A DNA stretch of 63,779 bases, counting the filler, from Deltaproteobacteria bacterium (lineage in GTDB: Bacteria > JAUYMQ01), in assembly GCA_030698575.1 (NCBI GenBank). It is 9 parts of 9 records of this genome, joined end to end, with 100 filler letters (N's around TTAATTAATTAA, not from the genome) between each part and the next. Parts side by side here need not be neighbours in the genome. Positions count along the whole stretch, not along the records: positions 5,134 to 11,514 come from JAUYMQ010000129.1; positions 11,615 to 14,653 come from JAUYMQ010000137.1; positions 14,754 to 28,527 come from JAUYMQ010000142.1; 6 more parts are not named here. One strand, 5' to 3'. The first letter of the stretch is position 1. Every line of letters starts with the position of its first letter. The notes below the pieces were generated by a model. The model was not told where the DNA came from. It did not search any database and saw only the letters and a list, made by a program, of their open reading frames with translations. Positions 9,855 through 19,213 of the stretch are shown piece by piece. Made by a program: the position numbers and the translations under genes.

Positions 9855-10211
9855 TTATTTGACCACCCATTCGCCTTCGCGCGGCATCACATGCTGCCCT
9901 GTGGCGGCCTGCTCGAGGAGTTTCGCGCCTGCAATCCGGCCGACCTGGCCCGTCGAGATCCCGTTGGTGCGCGCGATCTCCTCGTACTTCGCACGACGCT
10001 TGACGTTGGTCTCATGGGTCAGCACCCGGATGTCCTCCGACGCCTTCGGATCCACGACGCCGAGGTAGCCATCGTAGCGCTCCCCGATCTGGTTCGCGGC
10101 CTTCGCCGTGTCGATGACGTTCGCCTGCGCCGCGGCAAACCGGCTGGTAATAGGGAGAACCACCAGGAAAAACGAAAGCGCGATGGCAACCTTCAAATAG
10201 GATCGCTTCAT
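9855..10211 (-). CDS. ydbL: YdbL family protein
   Basis: AKAANQIGERYDGYLG, NVKRRAKYEEIA; third gene of a ydbH-ynbE-ydbL operon; ATGA overlap with ynbE. Confidence 0.85.
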   Translation of the reverse strand: MKRSYLKVAIALSFFLVVLPITSRFAAAQANVIDTAKAANQIGERYDGYLGVVDPKASEDIRVLTHETNVKRRAKYEEIARTNGISTGQVGRIAGAKLLEQAATGQHVMPREGEWVVK

Positions 10212-10405
10212 TTCACTTCTCCGAAAAGGTCCTCGTTGCCTTCGATGAGCTGGTCGACGTCCTTGTCTATCTTGATCCTGAGCTCGTGCTCGATGCGGAT
10301 GTTCATGTTGATGACGATTGGCTCCTTCGGCGCCTTCAACTCCACTTTGGGAGTGCAACCGGCGGCCAGAAGGAGCACAGCCGCCAAGGCGAAGATCTGT
10401 GTCAT
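10208..10405 (-). CDS. ynbE: YnbE family lipoprotein
   Basis: LAAGCTPKVELKAPKEPIVINMNIRIEHELRIKIDKDVD. Confidence 0.9.
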   Translation of the reverse strand: MTQIFALAAVLLLAAGCTPKVELKAPKEPIVINMNIRIEHELRIKIDKDVDQLIEGNEDLFGEVK

Positions 10406-10473
10406 CGCGTCTCTCCCATCCGGCCCAGCAAGGCGCTGCTCCACTCGAAAGCCCCGACGCCCCCATGGGCGTT

Positions 10474-11514
10474 CTATTCAGCCGGCGAAACGCCGCTCTT
10501 GCGCAGCCTCCGGCCGAGGCTTTCCGAAATCCGGGTCGTCGCCGTCGCGTTTCGGAACAGATCATACAGGTGCGTCGTCACGCTAAGGTTCAACTCAACT
10601 CGCTGGCCCTTCAGATGGGCCGGATTGAAGCCTTTCAGCTCGATTCTGACAGCCAATTCCTCAAGCAGCGGGCCATCTAGACTGAACACTAAACTGTCGT
10701 ACCGAAAATCCTCCAGGATCGCCAGCACTTCCGCGAGCTGTGGGTTCTCGGCGGGGAAGGCGGCGGGCCGCTCGCCCGGACGGTAGCGGATCCATCCACC
10801 CTGCCCCCCCCCTTCCAGCCGAGCACCGGTGACGAATGCGCGGCCGTCGTGGACGTCGATCGGGAATGTTCCTGACATCTGGCCCGAGCCCGTAAGCCCT
10901 TCCAAATTTATGGCCGCCGTCAGATCAGAAACCTGGATCCCTTCCAGGCGAAACCGCACACTACCGTTCTCACCTTTCTGCTCGACCCAGCCGCTCCCGG
11001 TAAATACACCCCCCAGCGTCCGGCCTTCGATCGTTTCGATATCGACACGCCGATTGCCGGTGATGCCAAAGACCGCCCGCCCCATCGTGATGGCAATGAG
11101 GGTGTTCAGGCGCTCGATCTTCAGTTCCTGACCCGGGGACGCCTCCGGCGGCAGGCTGCGCCGGAGTTGCAGATCACCCCGCAGGCCTTTCACGCCTAAA
11201 CCAACCATTTCGAAGGAGAGGCTCTTCATGCCCAGGCGCAGCGGCGTCTCGAAAACGCCCGGCCCCCAGCGAAAATTGCCAGAAGCGTCGATGCCGCCTG
11301 TCACGCCGTAAATGCGCCCGCCGAACGCGGGCACGATATCACGAGGACTGCGCCCGCCCGGTTCGAAGCGTAGGGGTGCCAGCGTGACCTGCGCGGACCC
11401 TTCCCCGCTTTCCAGATTGTGCTTTCCGGCCACCCTCAGGGATAGACTCCCCTTGCGGTTTCCGAGAGCGCTGGAGAATACGACTTCGCCATCAGCCATC
11501 TCGAGCGTTCCGCT
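10474..11514 (-). CDS. ydbH: YdbH-domain intermembrane protein, 5' truncated
   Basis: GSGQMSGTFPI, GGWIRY, LEDFRYDSL, LKGFNP; position upstream of ynbE-ydbL. Confidence 0.8.
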   Translation of the reverse strand, partial: SGTLEMADGEVVFSSALGNRKGSLSLRVAGKHNLESGEGSAQVTLAPLRFEPGGRSPRDIVPAFGGRIYGVTGGIDASGNFRWGPGVFETPLRLGMKSLSFEMVGLGVKGLRGDLQLRRSLPPEASPGQELKIERLNTLIAITMGRAVFGITGNRRVDIETIEGRTLGGVFTGSGWVEQKGENGSVRFRLEGIQVSDLTAAINLEGLTGSGQMSGTFPIDVHDGRAFVTGARLEGGGQGGWIRYRPGERPAAFPAENPQLAEVLAILEDFRYDSLVFSLDGPLLEELAVRIELKGFNPAHLKGQRVELNLSVTTHLYDLFRNATATTRISESLGRRLRKSGVSPAE

Positions 11515-11614
11515 NNNNNNNNNNNNNNNNNNNNNNNNNNNNNNNNNNNNNNNNNNNNTTAATTAATTAANNNNNNNNNNNNNNNNNNNNNNNNNNNNNN
11601 NNNNNNNNNNNNNN

Positions 11615-14600
11615 CCAAGGCTCCCGCCGAGCTTCCCGGCGAGGGCCGCATCGGCGCGCTCGTAGGTCTCGCGCACTTCGGGGAAGTAAAGGCTCAGATC
11701 GGCGCCCATGCCGGGGGCCTGGGAGCCCTGCCCAGGGAAGAGAAATGCGACACGACCTTCGCCCGCCAATGGACGGTCGTTGAAATAGATTCCCCGGGGA
11801 TCCCGAAGCGCGCCGCCATCCTCAATATGGAGGTGCGCGGCAGCCCTGCTGATCTTCTCCCGAAGATCGGCGATCGATTCCGCGATCACCGAGAGCGTGA
11901 GGCCTCCGCCTGCCCGCCCGTTTCCGGCGGAAAGTCGCGCGCGGCGCGCGCGGCTCACCGAATGGGCAAGGCCGGCCAGATCGGGCTCGGCGCCCGCTTC
12001 GAGATTGCGCGACAGCGCCTCGATCTGGGTGATCAGCGATTCCCGGTTCTCCGCGGTCCAGAGGAAGAGCTCGCAGGGCCACTGTCGCGCTGTGCGTGCC
12101 GCGGCGTCGGTGAAGTTGCCGGTGTACTCCTCGAGGACGACGTGGAAGTTCGTTCCACCGAAACCGAAGCTGCTCACGCCCGCACGGCGCGGGTGGTCGG
12201 GGTTCTTTAGCCAGGGCCGAGTCTCGGTGTTGACGTAGAGGGGGCCCGTGCCGAAGCCCGATTTGGGATTGGGCTTCTCCACATTGAGCGTGGGCGGGAG
12301 GATCTGGTTTCTGAGCGCCAGCGCGATCTTCGCCAGCCCCGCGACGCCCGCCGAGCACTTGGTGTGCCCTATCATCGACTTGACGGATCCGACGGCTGAA
12401 CTCGCCGGGGCGGCCCCGTGGGCTCCGAGAACGCGCGAGAGCGACTCGGCCTCGGCTTGATCACCGGCGACGGTGCCGGTTCCATGCGTTTCAAAGAGTT
12501 CGACGGTCGCAGGTGAGAAGCCGGCCTTTGCGTAAGCGCGCTCAAGGGCGCGCATCTGCCCCTCCGGCCTGGGGGCGGTGAGCCCGCGGTCCCGGCCGTC
12601 GCTGGAGCCCGCCACAGCCTTGATCACGCCATAAATGCGATCGCCGTCCCGCTCGGCGTCGGACAGGCGCTTGAGCACCATCGCGACGAGCCCCTCGCTG
12701 ATAACGATGCCGTCCGCGTCGGCATCGAAGGTCCGGCAGCGCCCCCGGGGCGAGAGCGCCTGTGTCTTGGCGAAGCAGAGGTAAGTGAAGGGATTCTGCA
12801 GTGTGTCCACACCGCCGGCGATCACGAGATCGCTGCTGCCCGTCTCCAGTTCGCGCACCGACTGGTAGATAGCCGCGAGCGACGACGCACAGGCGGCGTC
12901 GACCGTGAAGTTCACGCCGCCGAAATCGAAGCGGTTCGCAACCCTCCCCGCGATAACGTTCGGAAGGATCCCGGCGAAGGAGTCCTCAGTCCATTCCGGA
13001 AGCCGCTCCAGAATCTCCTCCGGGACGTGGTCGAGCATCATCGGGAGATGGGATCTCATGACGTAGCCGGCACCGAGGTCTGCCACCCCGCCTCCGGCGC
13101 CGAAGATCACCGAAGTCTTCTCGCGATTGAACTCACGGTCGGCGTAGCCCGCGTCGGAAAGGGCCTGGCGGGTGACCTCGAGGGCCAGGATCTGCGCCGG
13201 CTCGATCGACCCGAGCGAGCTCGGCGGCATTCCGTAGCGAAGCGGATCGAAGGGGATCTCCCCGATGAATCCGCCCCAGCGGCTGTAGACCTTGTCGCGG
13301 GCCTTCGGATCCTCGTCGAAGTACTTCCTCCAGTCCCAGCGATCGGGCGGGATCTCGGTAATGGCGTCTCGTTTCGCCAGGATGTTTTCCCAGAAGGTCG
13401 CCGTGTCGGCGGCCTGGGGAAGGATGCATCCGATCCCCACGATGGCCACGTCGCTCGGACTTGGGGCCGGATCCGGAACGGATTCAATGCGGAGGTCGCG
13501 AAGACGCGTCATTGCCTCATCGCTAACGCTCTGGTGAAGCGCGGCGATGTTCGTGAGCCCGTGGCGAAGCTCGGCCACCTGGCCGATCATGTACATGCCC
13601 CGCTGGCGCTGCTCGGCGTCGTCCGCGTTGCGGTAACTCGGGCCCTCCGCCGATCCGTTGCCTCCGCCCTCCCGCAGGATCCCCTTCGAGGCGATGCGCA
13701 GCCTGCCCAGATTGAGCTGCTCGAGCAGATCGCGAACCTCCTCGGGCGGGCGCTGCTCCTGCCGCAGGCGCCTCCGCTCACTCTCGAACTCGCGCGCGAA
13801 AGCAGTGTCGACGCAACGGGTCGCGTGCCCGGGGCCGGTCTCGAGAAGGACGGTTCTCGAGCACCGGTCGGCTTCGTCCTGGAAACCCGGCTGAATTGCC
13901 CCGGTCGAGACCGCCTCTTCTGTGAAGAGATAGGCCGTTCCCAGGAGCACCCCGATCTTGGCCCCGGCACGGGCGAGCGGCGCGGCGAGGGCTGCGACCA
14001 TCGAGGCGGAGCGCGCGTCGTGAATTCCACCGGCGAAAACCACGTGCAGCGTTTCGAATTCAGAGGGCGCAACCTGCTCGAGCAGAACGTCCACCATGGT
14101 CTGCCAGAGAACGAAACTCGTGCGCGGGCCGACGTGCCCGCCGCACTCGCGCCCCTCGAAGACGAACCTCCGGGCGCCGTCGTTCAGGAACATTTCCAGA
14201 AGCCCGGGCGAGGGAACGTGGAGATAGGTCGCGATGCCCTCTTTTTCGAGTTGCCGGGCCTGATCGGGACGGCCACCCGCGATCAGCGCGTAGGGGGGGC
14301 GGGCTTCCCGGATGGCTTCGAGCTGCTCCTTCCGGAGCTCGAGCGGCACGAAGCCGAGGATCCCGACGCCCCAGCTCCGGTCGCCGAGCAGTCGGGCCGT
14401 TTCGGTAAGCAGGCGCTTCACCTCCGGCCCGCGCATGAGCGCCAGCGCGAGGAAGGGAAGGCCGCCTCCGCCGGCCACGGCGCTGGCGAACGGCGCGACA
14501 TCGCTCACCCGCGTCATCGGGCCCTGCAGGACCGGGAACTCCGTGCCATGCGAGCGGGCCAGGGGCGAGTGCGCCGCAAGAGGACGGAGGTCGTGCGCAT

Positions 14601-14653
14601 CGGCGAGGTGGTCCCGGATCGATTTCCGGATTGCCTGAAGCACCCCCCCCACG
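11615..14653 (-). CDS. Type I polyketide synthase fragment: FabK/nitronate-monooxygenase-like domain, KS, start of AT (truncated at both ends)
   Basis: Flavoprotein motifs QGPMTRVSD, EGRECGGHVG, AGGIHD, LGTAYL; KS motifs DAACASS, HGTGT, KSMIGH, GFGGTNFH; AT start FLFPGQGSQ. Confidence 0.9.
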
Positions 14654-14753
14654 NNNNNNNNNNNNNNNNNNNNNNNNNNNNNNNNNNNNNNNNNNNNTTA
14701 ATTAATTAANNNNNNNNNNNNNNNNNNNNNNNNNNNNNNNNNNNNNNNNNNNN

Positions 14754-15036
14754 GAATGCCAATGACGATCATCTGCCCGCCGTGCCCGCCGGATGCGAAC
14801 ATCAGGTACTCGTCATGGCGGCCGCTGGGCGTGTAGGTCATCAGCGCCGCGACGATGTCATCGGGGGACAGCTTTCTTTCAGCGGCAACCTCCGAGGCGC
14901 GGCTCGACAGGCCGGCCATCTTCTCGGCCGTCGCCGATTCGGATTTGGGCTTCGGCGGCTCGCAGGCCGAGGCGATGAAGACGGCGCTCAGGATTGCGAG
15001 CGCGCTCATGAAGAAGCTTGGTCGTGGCTTGCGCAT
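14754..15036 (-). CDS. nosZ: Sec-dependent (clade II) nitrous-oxide reductase, N-terminal fragment
   Basis: ERKLSPDDIVAALMTYTPSGRHDEYLMFASGGHGGQMIVIGI matches the clade II NosZ N-terminus; no twin-arginine motif; lipobox-like ASAC. Confidence 0.82.
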
Positions 15037-15177
15037 GTTCTCCCTCCGGAAGAGTCACCTTCCGCCGTCACCCGTGCGGCGGGACGCCCCCCAGGGGGCA
15101 TCGGGTGCAGGAACTATCGTGCGGGCAAAAACCGGGAAACGGGTGATGGAACGAACCCCCAGTTCGCTCCCTCCCGG

Positions 15178-15194
15178 AGCAGGAACCATGCCCA
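15178..15194 (-). promoter_or_regulatory. Possible sigma54 promoter of nosZ
   Basis: Minus strand TGGGCATGGTTCCTGCT fits GG-N10-GC, about 140 bp upstream of the ATG. Confidence 0.4.
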
Positions 15195-15325
15195 TTGCAA
15201 ATAGCGCTTTCAGGACGCGCTTCATGAAAGGAACCCTGTGCAGTATTAGCATGATTACCCGAAGCCGCTCCTTTTGCCGCAAATACTGCGGGGCTCCGGA
15301 AATGGGAAATGGTGAACGTACCCAT

Positions 15326-16336
15326 TTATTCGCGGAGCAGCACGTCGAGAGCGAAGCGAAGGCGCTTCAGCTGCCGGCCGAGCCAGTTGTGGTGGATGTT
15401 GCGGCGGAGGACGACGAGCAGCTTGCGCTCGAGCCGGTAGCGGGTGAGCCGCGCGCGCCGCTCCGGGAGCGGCCGGCCCTGGAAAGCCGCGATTGCATCA
15501 TAGAGCCGCGCCTGCGGATAGCCCCAGACCTCGAGGTCGGCCGGGTCGAGCCGGTCGGTCATCCGCCGCACCTTCTCGAGCTTCGCCGCATCGCCCCCCA
15601 GTGTCTCCGCCCACTTTTCCACCGATGCCGTCATGGGCCGCGTGTGCCGCCCCACCGTGATCGGATCGCCCAGCCCGGCCACCTTCGGCCCCTCCGCCTC
15701 GCCCCCGTATTCGATCGTGCCTGCTTCGAAGGGAAGCCCGACGAAATCGAGTATCCGCTTCATCTCCGCCTCGGGCTCCGACACGAGCGTCTCGTAATTG
15801 AGGTGCACCAGCGGCGCGGGTTTCTCCCGGAGAAATTCCGCGATGGCCGGGACGTACCGCTCCAGGATGGGATTGTGCGCGTGTGCCACGTCGTAATCGT
15901 CGTCGAAGAACGACTCGGCGAAGGAAGCGAACACCGCCGCGGGGTGCCGTGTGAGCACGACGTAGCGCGCGTTCGGATAGAGCGCGGCGAGAAAGGGGAG
16001 CACCAGGGCGTTCGCCGGCGTCTTGTCGAGCAGGAACCGCTTGCCGCTCTTCGCCAGCATTCGCCCGTACAGGTGATCGGTGTAGGCGCGCAGGGCATCG
16101 AGGTAGTCGCGCTCGCCGGCGGGGAGGCCCTCGACGAGCGTGCGCGCGGCCTCGGCGACGATGAAGGGATCGTAGGGCGCCTTGTCCACGCGCCCGTGGT
16201 AGCCGAGGTGGGCGATCGGGGTGATGAGATGAGGCTCGGGGCCGCCGTGTACCGCGGAGTGCGCGCCCAGCATGCGAGCGAGCAGCGTGGTGCCGGATCG
16301 CGGCGCGCCGATGAGAAAAATGAGCCTGTCCTGCAT
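15326..16336 (-). CDS. PAPS-dependent sulfotransferase family protein
   Basis: IGAPRSGTTLL, LDKTP, LTRHPAAVFAS, YETLVSEPE. Confidence 0.9.
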   Translation of the reverse strand: MQDRLIFLIGAPRSGTTLLARMLGAHSAVHGGPEPHLITPIAHLGYHGRVDKAPYDPFIVAEAARTLVEGLPAGERDYLDALRAYTDHLYGRMLAKSGKRFLLDKTPANALVLPFLAALYPNARYVVLTRHPAAVFASFAESFFDDDYDVAHAHNPILERYVPAIAEFLREKPAPLVHLNYETLVSEPEAEMKRILDFVGLPFEAGTIEYGGEAEGPKVAGLGDPITVGRHTRPMTASVEKWAETLGGDAAKLEKVRRMTDRLDPADLEVWGYPQARLYDAIAAFQGRPLPERRARLTRYRLERKLLVVLRRNIHHNWLGRQLKRLRFALDVLLRE

Positions 16337-16399
16337 TCCGCGACCCCCGGGCAGCAGCCGGCGCCCTCTCCCGCCCGGGCGCCCGCAGGCAGGTTAACC

Positions 16400-16567
16400 A
16401 TGCCCGAAAGATTAGGCAATCCGGGCAAGCACGTGGCGGCAAGCGACTGGCTCTTCATCGGCGAGGATGTCACGCCGCCCCAGAACATCCCGGAGCCCGG
16501 CAGCCTGGCCCTGCTCGGGTCCGGCCTGGCCGCGGGCCTGGCCCGCCGCCGGAAGGCGCGCCGCTAG
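16400..16567 (+). CDS. Very short (55 aa) ORF ending in a PEP-CTERM sorting signal; possibly a remnant
   Basis: IPEPGSLALLGSGLAAGLARRRKARR-stop; no signal peptide. Confidence 0.6.
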   Translation: MPERLGNPGKHVAASDWLFIGEDVTPPQNIPEPGSLALLGSGLAAGLARRRKARR

Positions 16568-16764
16568 CGCTGGGCGACAACGTCACGCAAGGGTTCTTTC
16601 AGGAAGGCCGCCCCCACGGGCGGCCTTCCTGCGTTCGTGCGCCGCGACTCGCCCATCCTCGCCGATCTTCAGAATGACATGCGATGCCGGCTTGACCCGG
16701 CTTGACGAGAACGCAGGGCCCCGGTAGCGTGGCCCCGAATTCACAACAACGGGGAGGGGGATCC

Positions 16765-17280
16765 ATGGCGGCACGACGAAAGCGCGCGGCGAAGACCCAC
16801 GCGGGCGGCGCGAAGGCGCCCGCCAGCAAGCGCGGGGGGAACAAGGAGAGGATCATCGAGGCGCTGAACACCGTCCTCGAACTCGAGCTGGCCGGAGTGG
16901 TGCGCTACCTGCACTACTCGCTCATGGTGTTCGGCCACGCGCGCATTCCGATCGTGAAGTGGATGCGGGACGAGGCGACCCAGTCCGCCGATCACGCGGC
17001 GCAGGCAGGTGAGCACGTCACGGCGCTCGGAGGACATCCGTCGCTGAAGATCGGAAAGCTTCTCGAGACCCACAAGCACGATATCAGCCAGATCCTGCTC
17101 GAGGCCCTCGAGCACGAGCGCGAAGGGGTGGCGCAGTACAAGAAACTCCTGTCGCTCGTCCAGGGAAAGGACGTCTGCCTCGAGGAATACGCGCGCAGTC
17201 TCATCCACGAAGAGACCATGCACATCAGCGAGATCGAGAAGATGCTGCGCCGTCCGGGCGATCTCGAGCCCGCCCTCTGA
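16765..17280 (+). CDS. Ferritin-like protein (bacterioferritin family)
   Basis: Strong RBS; LELELAGVVRYLHY, EATQSADHA, LEHE, EETMH diiron-type ligand pattern. Confidence 0.85.
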   Translation: MAARRKRAAKTHAGGAKAPASKRGGNKERIIEALNTVLELELAGVVRYLHYSLMVFGHARIPIVKWMRDEATQSADHAAQAGEHVTALGGHPSLKIGKLLETHKHDISQILLEALEHEREGVAQYKKLLSLVQGKDVCLEEYARSLIHEETMHISEIEKMLRRPGDLEPAL

Positions 17281-17305
17281 CCGCTCGATAACAATCTTTC
17301 CCGGG

Positions 17306-17340
17306 AACCCCGCGTCCGCAGCGCGGGGTTTTTTCTTTTC
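17306..17340 (+). terminator. Rho-independent terminator
   Basis: AACCCCGCG-loop-CGCGGGGTT followed by TTTTCTTTT. Confidence 0.85.
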
Positions 17341-17555
17341 CCCGCTGCTCTGAGCGCGCGCCCCGGGGAAGGGGACACCGCCAGGGGCCGGGAGGGCGCC
17401 GATCACGATATCGTGCGAGGGGGAGCCGCAAACTGTGTCACTTCCGGGGGAACGGGGTGACGCATTCCGGCCCCCGAAGCCCGGCGGGTGAGATAATTCG
17501 CAGTAATTTGAACGCTTTTCCGACAGGGAGGAATAGCTGGGGAAACCCTACGGTT

Positions 17556-17571
17556 CGGCACGCCCCTTGCT
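17556..17571 (+). promoter_or_regulatory. sigma54 (-24/-12) promoter of the GGDEF gene
   Basis: CGGCAC-GCCCC-TTGCT; upstream AT-rich tract and an inverted repeat at 17434-17464. Confidence 0.7.
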
Positions 17572-17713
17572 TGGTCAAGAAGGGAGCACGACGCCCCCGA
17601 TCCGGCCGCGCACGGGACGGATGTCTTTTCTCAAGGCGGGCAGGCCAATCGGCCGAAAGGGCTAGGAGCAGCTTTCCGCAGCCGCAGGGCGGAAGACCAG
17701 CACAAGGCGGTTC

Positions 17714-19027
17714 ATGGAAGATCTCGGAAATCTTGTCGTCGGGCACCTGTCCGAACTCGGACTGCTCGCATTCGTCTCGCTGACGTTCGGTTACTTGCTC
17801 GGCCGGGGCTCGAGTTCGAAGCAGGCGGGCGGACGCATCCGCGATCTCGAGAAAATTGCGGCGCGCAGCGAGATGAGCTCGCAGGAGCACCAGCGCTCGG
17901 CGCAGGATCTTTACGAGCGCGCCGAGCGCGCCGAGCAGACGGTTCGCAAGCTCGAGCGCTCGCTCATCGAGCTGCCCGAGGTGGCCCAGCGACTCTCCTC
18001 CGTGCACGAGCTCCAGGAGATCCCGCACCGTGCCCTCGAGCTGGTCAAGGAACTGTTCGATCCGACCTATGCGGTGTTCTTCAAAACGCGCCGGGGAATG
18101 CTCGTGGCCCAGTCGGTGCTGGGCGCCTCTCCTTACAAGCTCGGGCAGAAGATCAGGCCGGGTGAGGGGATCGTGGGTCTGGCGGCCGTGAAGCAGCTCC
18201 CCTTCACGCCTGTGGATCTCCGGTTCGAAACGGCGCAGGTCAAGCATCAGATGGCCGCAAGCGGCGTGGGCGAGACCGACTTTTCCCTCTGCCTGCCGGT
18301 GGTGGCCGAGCATCTGACCATCGGCGTCATCATGGTGGGCCCCATGTTGCGGGAAATTCCGAACGCGCGCGACGTGGGACGCACGGTGGCGCTGCTCACC
18401 TCGGTGGCCATGATGAGCGCCGCCGTCCTGAAGCAGCAGAAGTTGCTCGCGAAGACCGACGGCCTCACCGGGCTCCTGAACCGGGTCCACATCGTGAAGC
18501 GCGCCTCGGAGATCATCGATGCCGAGGGCGACACGCCGAGGACGCTCTCCGTTTTCATTTTCGACATCGACCACTTCAAGCACTACAACGACACGAACGG
18601 CCATCTCCCCGGTGACGATCTTCTCAGACACCTTGCGGCCCTACTGAAGGAAACGGTGCGCGAGGGAGAGAGCGTGGGCCGGTACGGCGGAGAAGAGTTC
18701 TTGATGGTGATGCCCGATACCGACCGGGAGGCGGCGTTTCAGGCCGCCGAGAGAATCCGCCAGCTCATCGAAAAGCAGGACTTCGCCTTCGGCGACAAGC
18801 AGCCCGGCGGCCGCATCACGGTGAGCGGCGGCGTGGCCACCTGGCCGGCGGACGCGGAGGCGATCGAGCCGCTCCTCAAGCGCGCCGACGACGCGCTTTA
18901 CAAGGCGAAGCGGGCGGGCCGGAACCGCGTGTTCACCTACACCCCGCAGGCCCTCGGCAGCGACGATCCCTACGATCCCGCGACGGGGGAGTTCCACTCT
19001 CTTCTGGTCGAAGACGGCGACGAATAG
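17714..19027 (+). CDS. Membrane-anchored GAF + GGDEF diguanylate cyclase
   Basis: N-terminal TM, coiled coil, GEGIVG GAF motif, TDGLTGLLN, DIDHFKHYNDTNGH, RYGGEEF, ADDALYKAK. Confidence 0.92.
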   Translation: MEDLGNLVVGHLSELGLLAFVSLTFGYLLGRGSSSKQAGGRIRDLEKIAARSEMSSQEHQRSAQDLYERAERAEQTVRKLERSLIELPEVAQRLSSVHELQEIPHRALELVKELFDPTYAVFFKTRRGMLVAQSVLGASPYKLGQKIRPGEGIVGLAAVKQLPFTPVDLRFETAQVKHQMAASGVGETDFSLCLPVVAEHLTIGVIMVGPMLREIPNARDVGRTVALLTSVAMMSAAVLKQQKLLAKTDGLTGLLNRVHIVKRASEIIDAEGDTPRTLSVFIFDIDHFKHYNDTNGHLPGDDLLRHLAALLKETVREGESVGRYGGEEFLMVMPDTDREAAFQAAERIRQLIEKQDFAFGDKQPGGRITVSGGVATWPADAEAIEPLLKRADDALYKAKRAGRNRVFTYTPQALGSDDPYDPATGEFHSLLVEDGDE

Positions 19028-19180
19028 CCGCGCACGCGACCTTACTCCGACCCTTCAAGCCGGTAGAGCCAGATCACGTTCCCCACGCGGGCGATGGAAC
19101 GGCGGCGTTGCAGCCCGCGCCCTCCTCAGCCGTGCCTCTCCCACCGCTTCCCCCCAGGGTTCTCGGGCCAGGAGCGAATG

Positions 19181-19213
19181 CTTCAATAACGGGGTCTGAC
19201 CCCTTTATTTTAG
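19181..19213 (+). repeat. REP-like 33-bp palindrome, solo copy
   Basis: CTTCAATAACGGGGTC-T-GACCCCTTTATTTTAG; homologous to the copies at 25554 and 26656. Confidence 0.8.

Noticed and set aside
11615-16336. PKS + nosZ + sulfotransferase as one biosynthetic cluster
   Set aside because: A linker at 14654-14753 separates the PKS from the others, so the adjacency is artificial
14855-16567. 570-aa PEP-CTERM protein
   Set aside because: Most of it is antisense to the sulfotransferase and nosZ; only the last ~55 codons are credible
19040-19180. Minus-strand gene remnant (…RRSIARVGNVIWLYRLEGSE-stop) beside the solo palindrome
   Set aside because: Too short, with no start or diagnostic motif; cannot be supported without a search
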